From Escherichia phage BP32, in the sequence record OR906198.1: a stretch of 64,000 nucleotides of DNA. One strand, given 5' to 3'. Below, in pieces: positions 58,413 through 64,000 of the stretch; positions within the stretch are counted from its first letter, which is position 1, and each line of letters starts with the position of its first letter. Position numbers and translations under genes: made by a program. The notes beneath the pieces are model-generated. The model was not told the origin of the DNA and made no database searches. It was given only the letters and a program-made list of their open reading frames with translations.

Positions 58413-58430
58413 ATGGGGATTTCTCCCCAT
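58413..58430 (-). terminator. Hairpin downstream of gene 19
   Basis: atgggga-tttc-tccccat 7 bp stem just after gene 19 stop. Confidence 0.5.
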
Positions 58431-58435
58431 TCATT

Positions 58436-58927
58436 TTATTCCCAATAATCGAGAGCGAGAGTTACTTCAAAGGTTTGGATTTCATTGTTTGAATCCCAAT
58501 CTAACTGAAGTTCACCCACGTTAGTAGGCCACAGGCCTTTAATTTCGACTTCTTTTGTTACAGTTTTAGCGTCACGAGCATATTGGCGTACAATAGCACT
58601 CTTTTTATACTCTGCTGGTTTTCCACCAGTAATTTCGTTTCCTTGCCCAGCAGCAATGCTTTGCCAATCAACAAACTTCTGACGTGCATCATGCGCCTCA
58701 TCATTCATTACTGTAATAGTCCAGTCATCGAATGTACGATCGCCTGCTACGTTAATTTTACGGTTCATAAATCCGACTGGAATTTTTTCTACAATACCAG
58801 CTGGTAAAGCAGTGGCTTTACATTGAAACGTAAAATTTTGTCCAAGATAAGAAATTTCTACTTGGAATAAGTTAGGTCGAGCAAAATCACCAGATTCAAA
58901 CGCTCGTGTTACATCATCTACAAACAT
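58436..58927 (-). CDS. 19: Tail tube protein gp19
   Basis: 163 aa, same as T4 gp19. Confidence 0.9.
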   Translation of the reverse strand: MFVDDVTRAFESGDFARPNLFQVEISYLGQNFTFQCKATALPAGIVEKIPVGFMNRKINVAGDRTFDDWTITVMNDEAHDARQKFVDWQSIAAGQGNEITGGKPAEYKKSAIVRQYARDAKTVTKEVEIKGLWPTNVGELQLDWDSNNEIQTFEVTLALDYWE

Positions 58928-58941
58928 ATTAGCCTCTGTAG

Positions 58942-58949
58942 TATTTATA
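58942..58949 (-). promoter_or_regulatory. T4-type late promoter TATAAATA for gene 19 (proximal)
   Basis: Exact motif on minus strand. Confidence 0.55.
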
Positions 58950-59000
58950 TCCCTATGTTTAACCTAGGGCATATAGAATTAAAGAATTAAGGATATAGTG

Positions 59001-59008
59001 TATTTATA
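59001..59008 (-). promoter_or_regulatory. Second late promoter motif TATAAATA in the 18-19 gap
   Basis: Exact motif on minus strand. Confidence 0.45.
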
Positions 59009-59010
59009 TG

Positions 59011-59028
59011 GCCTGCCGAAACAGGCCT
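59011..59028 (-). terminator. Hairpin downstream of gene 18
   Basis: ggcctg-ccgaaa-caggcc perfect 6 bp stem. Confidence 0.55.
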
Positions 59029-59043
59029 TTAGAATGCACCGTA

Positions 59044-61023
59044 TTAACCTGCAAGACCAGTTAACTCATCGAAATCTGCACCAGTAGCAGTTGCTACGAA
59101 GTTCAAGGTAATGTAGTTAATGCTTCTAGCCGGTTGGATGTAGAATGTTGCAACAAACTCATTTCTATCAATTACTGACGGAGTGTTATTTGTTGTATCG
59201 CAAACTACACGATATTCATAAATTCCACCGAGAGCTTTAATTCCCTGTAAGTATTGGGCAGTTTCTGTGCGGAATGATGAACGAGTAAACGCGTTGTTTA
59301 ATTCGAACAAACGATATTTTGAACTACGTCCGATATTCGTTTTCAACATATTAAACAGACGACGAACGTTAATACGATCAAATGGAGAAGGAACAGAAGT
59401 AGCTGTTTTATCACCATATAATACGTAACCATCACCACCTGTACCAGTTACTGGGTTGATAGCTTCTTGGTATAAACGGTCGCGCTGAGCTTGGCGAGTT
59501 TCAATAGCAAGTTTAATAACGTTAAGAATCTGGCCGCGATTATAACCAGCTGGAGACATCCAAGTCTGAGAAACGTTATCGGTTCTTGCACATAAACCGG
59601 CAATATCAGCTGCTAATGGAACCCAACGATTTACATCATTATATTTGTCATACTGATATTTGTAGTTACCATCAATTGCTGCGTAGGTTGAACTGATATT
59701 AAAGTTATTATCAGTGTATGAACCTGTTGCGGTTCTCCAATTGACTAAGTTATCAACAGCGCGAGTTACAGGAATTCCAACTACAGTTTCGCGCGGTGGT
59801 GAGCACAATACTAAGCAATCCTGGCGAGCATCCCCAATTGAAACGACGTGTTTTTGGACAGTAGATGCTGTTTCTAAAGATTCACCGGCACAAGAACCCG
59901 CAATAAACAACTGAACGTCAACAGATTCACGGTCAGCAAAGAAGTCCCAGGCTTCCATCAAATCTCCTACTGTTACTTCAGCATTTGATGATAATCCACC
60001 AGACAGAGTTAAAATTCCGGAGAAGCCTTCTGGCCAGTTTTGTGCAGTTGCGAAAATATATTCTGAACCGCCTTTTGCGAAAAAGTCATCAATGTAGATG
60101 TTACTATCGTAAATATCTTTTTCACCACGCTTTGTTGAAAGAACAACGCTTTGAACAATAGCATCATTACGACGAACTATAATAGCGTATTGCGAATCAG
60201 TTTGTGGTCCATATCCAAACACTGCCTTAGCAGTAGATGCGCGTGTTCCGCCACCTGGATAAATTGGGAGTAATGCAGAAGCTCCTTTTGCGTAGTCAGC
60301 TTTAGATACGATTTCGATTTCGATTTTATCGCCCAACTCGCCTGGATAAAGAGCTACTACTCCTGGAATTCCATATTTTTCGAGATTTGTTTGAAATTCA
60401 ACTGCTGTCATAGCAGCTTCAGCATTTTCAATCTCAGCTAATAAAATACCGGAATCAGTAATAATTTTTCCAAGAGTTATTACTGCAGCTAAACCAGATG
60501 AAGACGAAGAAATTTCCGCGGTCCAGTTAGAACCTAATGCTGGATATTCACCGACTTCTTTCGCTTTAGCGATAATTTTTGCAGTAGGAATATTAATTTT
60601 CTTAATTTTTCCATCAGCATCTACTTCGGTAATTTTACCTTCCGTTTCAATGTCTTCTGAAACATACTTAACTGTGATTTTATCTCCAACCGCGTAGTTA
60701 CTACCTGGGGTAGAAATAGTGTATTCAATATTACCAGCAATCGGAGATGAGTTTTTAGCGGTATCTCTATCGACAGCGCGTACAACTCGCAAATCATTTC
60801 CATATTGTAAGAAATTCATTGCAGACATAAAATAGTCAGCAGTTTCAGCTGTAGGTTGACCAAAAGTATTAACTAAATCTACTTCATTTGTAACCTGTTT
60901 GATCTGAAAAGCAGGACCCCACTGGAATTTACCGGCCAAAGCTGCTGTACCAGTAGAGTTATTAACCACGGTGCTTTGAACCGTAGTTTCTTTGAGCTCA
61001 ATGCCCGGAGATAATAAAGTCAT
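59044..61023 (-). CDS. 18: Tail sheath protein gp18
   Basis: 659 aa, same as T4 gp18. Confidence 0.93.
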   Translation of the reverse strand: MTLLSPGIELKETTVQSTVVNNSTGTAALAGKFQWGPAFQIKQVTNEVDLVNTFGQPTAETADYFMSAMNFLQYGNDLRVVRAVDRDTAKNSSPIAGNIEYTISTPGSNYAVGDKITVKYVSEDIETEGKITEVDADGKIKKINIPTAKIIAKAKEVGEYPALGSNWTAEISSSSSGLAAVITLGKIITDSGILLAEIENAEAAMTAVEFQTNLEKYGIPGVVALYPGELGDKIEIEIVSKADYAKGASALLPIYPGGGTRASTAKAVFGYGPQTDSQYAIIVRRNDAIVQSVVLSTKRGEKDIYDSNIYIDDFFAKGGSEYIFATAQNWPEGFSGILTLSGGLSSNAEVTVGDLMEAWDFFADRESVDVQLFIAGSCAGESLETASTVQKHVVSIGDARQDCLVLCSPPRETVVGIPVTRAVDNLVNWRTATGSYTDNNFNISSTYAAIDGNYKYQYDKYNDVNRWVPLAADIAGLCARTDNVSQTWMSPAGYNRGQILNVIKLAIETRQAQRDRLYQEAINPVTGTGGDGYVLYGDKTATSVPSPFDRINVRRLFNMLKTNIGRSSKYRLFELNNAFTRSSFRTETAQYLQGIKALGGIYEYRVVCDTTNNTPSVIDRNEFVATFYIQPARSINYITLNFVATATGADFDELTGLAG

Positions 61024-61051
61024 TTTTAATCCTCTTTAATATGCTTTAATA

Positions 61052-64000
<2,949 letters not shown>

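Overview
This window reads as a contiguous 64 kb segment of a T-even (T4-like) Escherichia phage genome, densely coding with no host-like DNA, rRNA, tRNA or CRISPR. Calls rest on reading the supplied six-frame translations against remembered T4 protein sequences and on motifs visible in the DNA; no database search was run. Minus strand, 1-9336: long tail fibre genes 38 (partial, T2-type adhesin N-terminus), 37, 36, 35, 34. Plus strand, 9441-38129: the early/middle block rnh, dsbA, 33, 59, 32, small ORFs, frd, td, nrdA, nrdB, denA, rnlA, alc, pseT, cd, 31, rIII, a run of small 30.x-like ORFs, DNA ligase (30), two tandem Alt-like ADP-ribosyltransferases. Then baseplate hub genes 54-48-29-28-27-51 (minus), 26-25-uvsY (plus), uvsW (minus), inh-hoc-rnlB (plus), and the head/tail late block 24-23-22-21-68-67-20-19-18-17-16-15 (minus, 15 partial). 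Differences from the T4 reference that I can see: td and nrdB are uninterrupted (no group I introns) and no homing-endonuclease ORFs are present; a 68-codon ORF sits between frd and td; gp37 ends in an intramolecular-chaperone-like domain next to a T2-type gp38; and there are two Alt paralogs rather than one recognisable copy. I found no large foreign insertion or clearly novel multi-gene system; the best candidates for new biology are the Alt-Alt-NADAR-nucleotidase cluster and the small ORFs in the hyperplastic early regions. Regulatory layer: many exact T4 late-promoter motifs (TATAAATA), T4 early-promoter-like GTTTAC/TATAAT pairs, MotA-box middle promoters, GC-rich tetraloop hairpins, and a duplicated ~56 bp promoter cassette.
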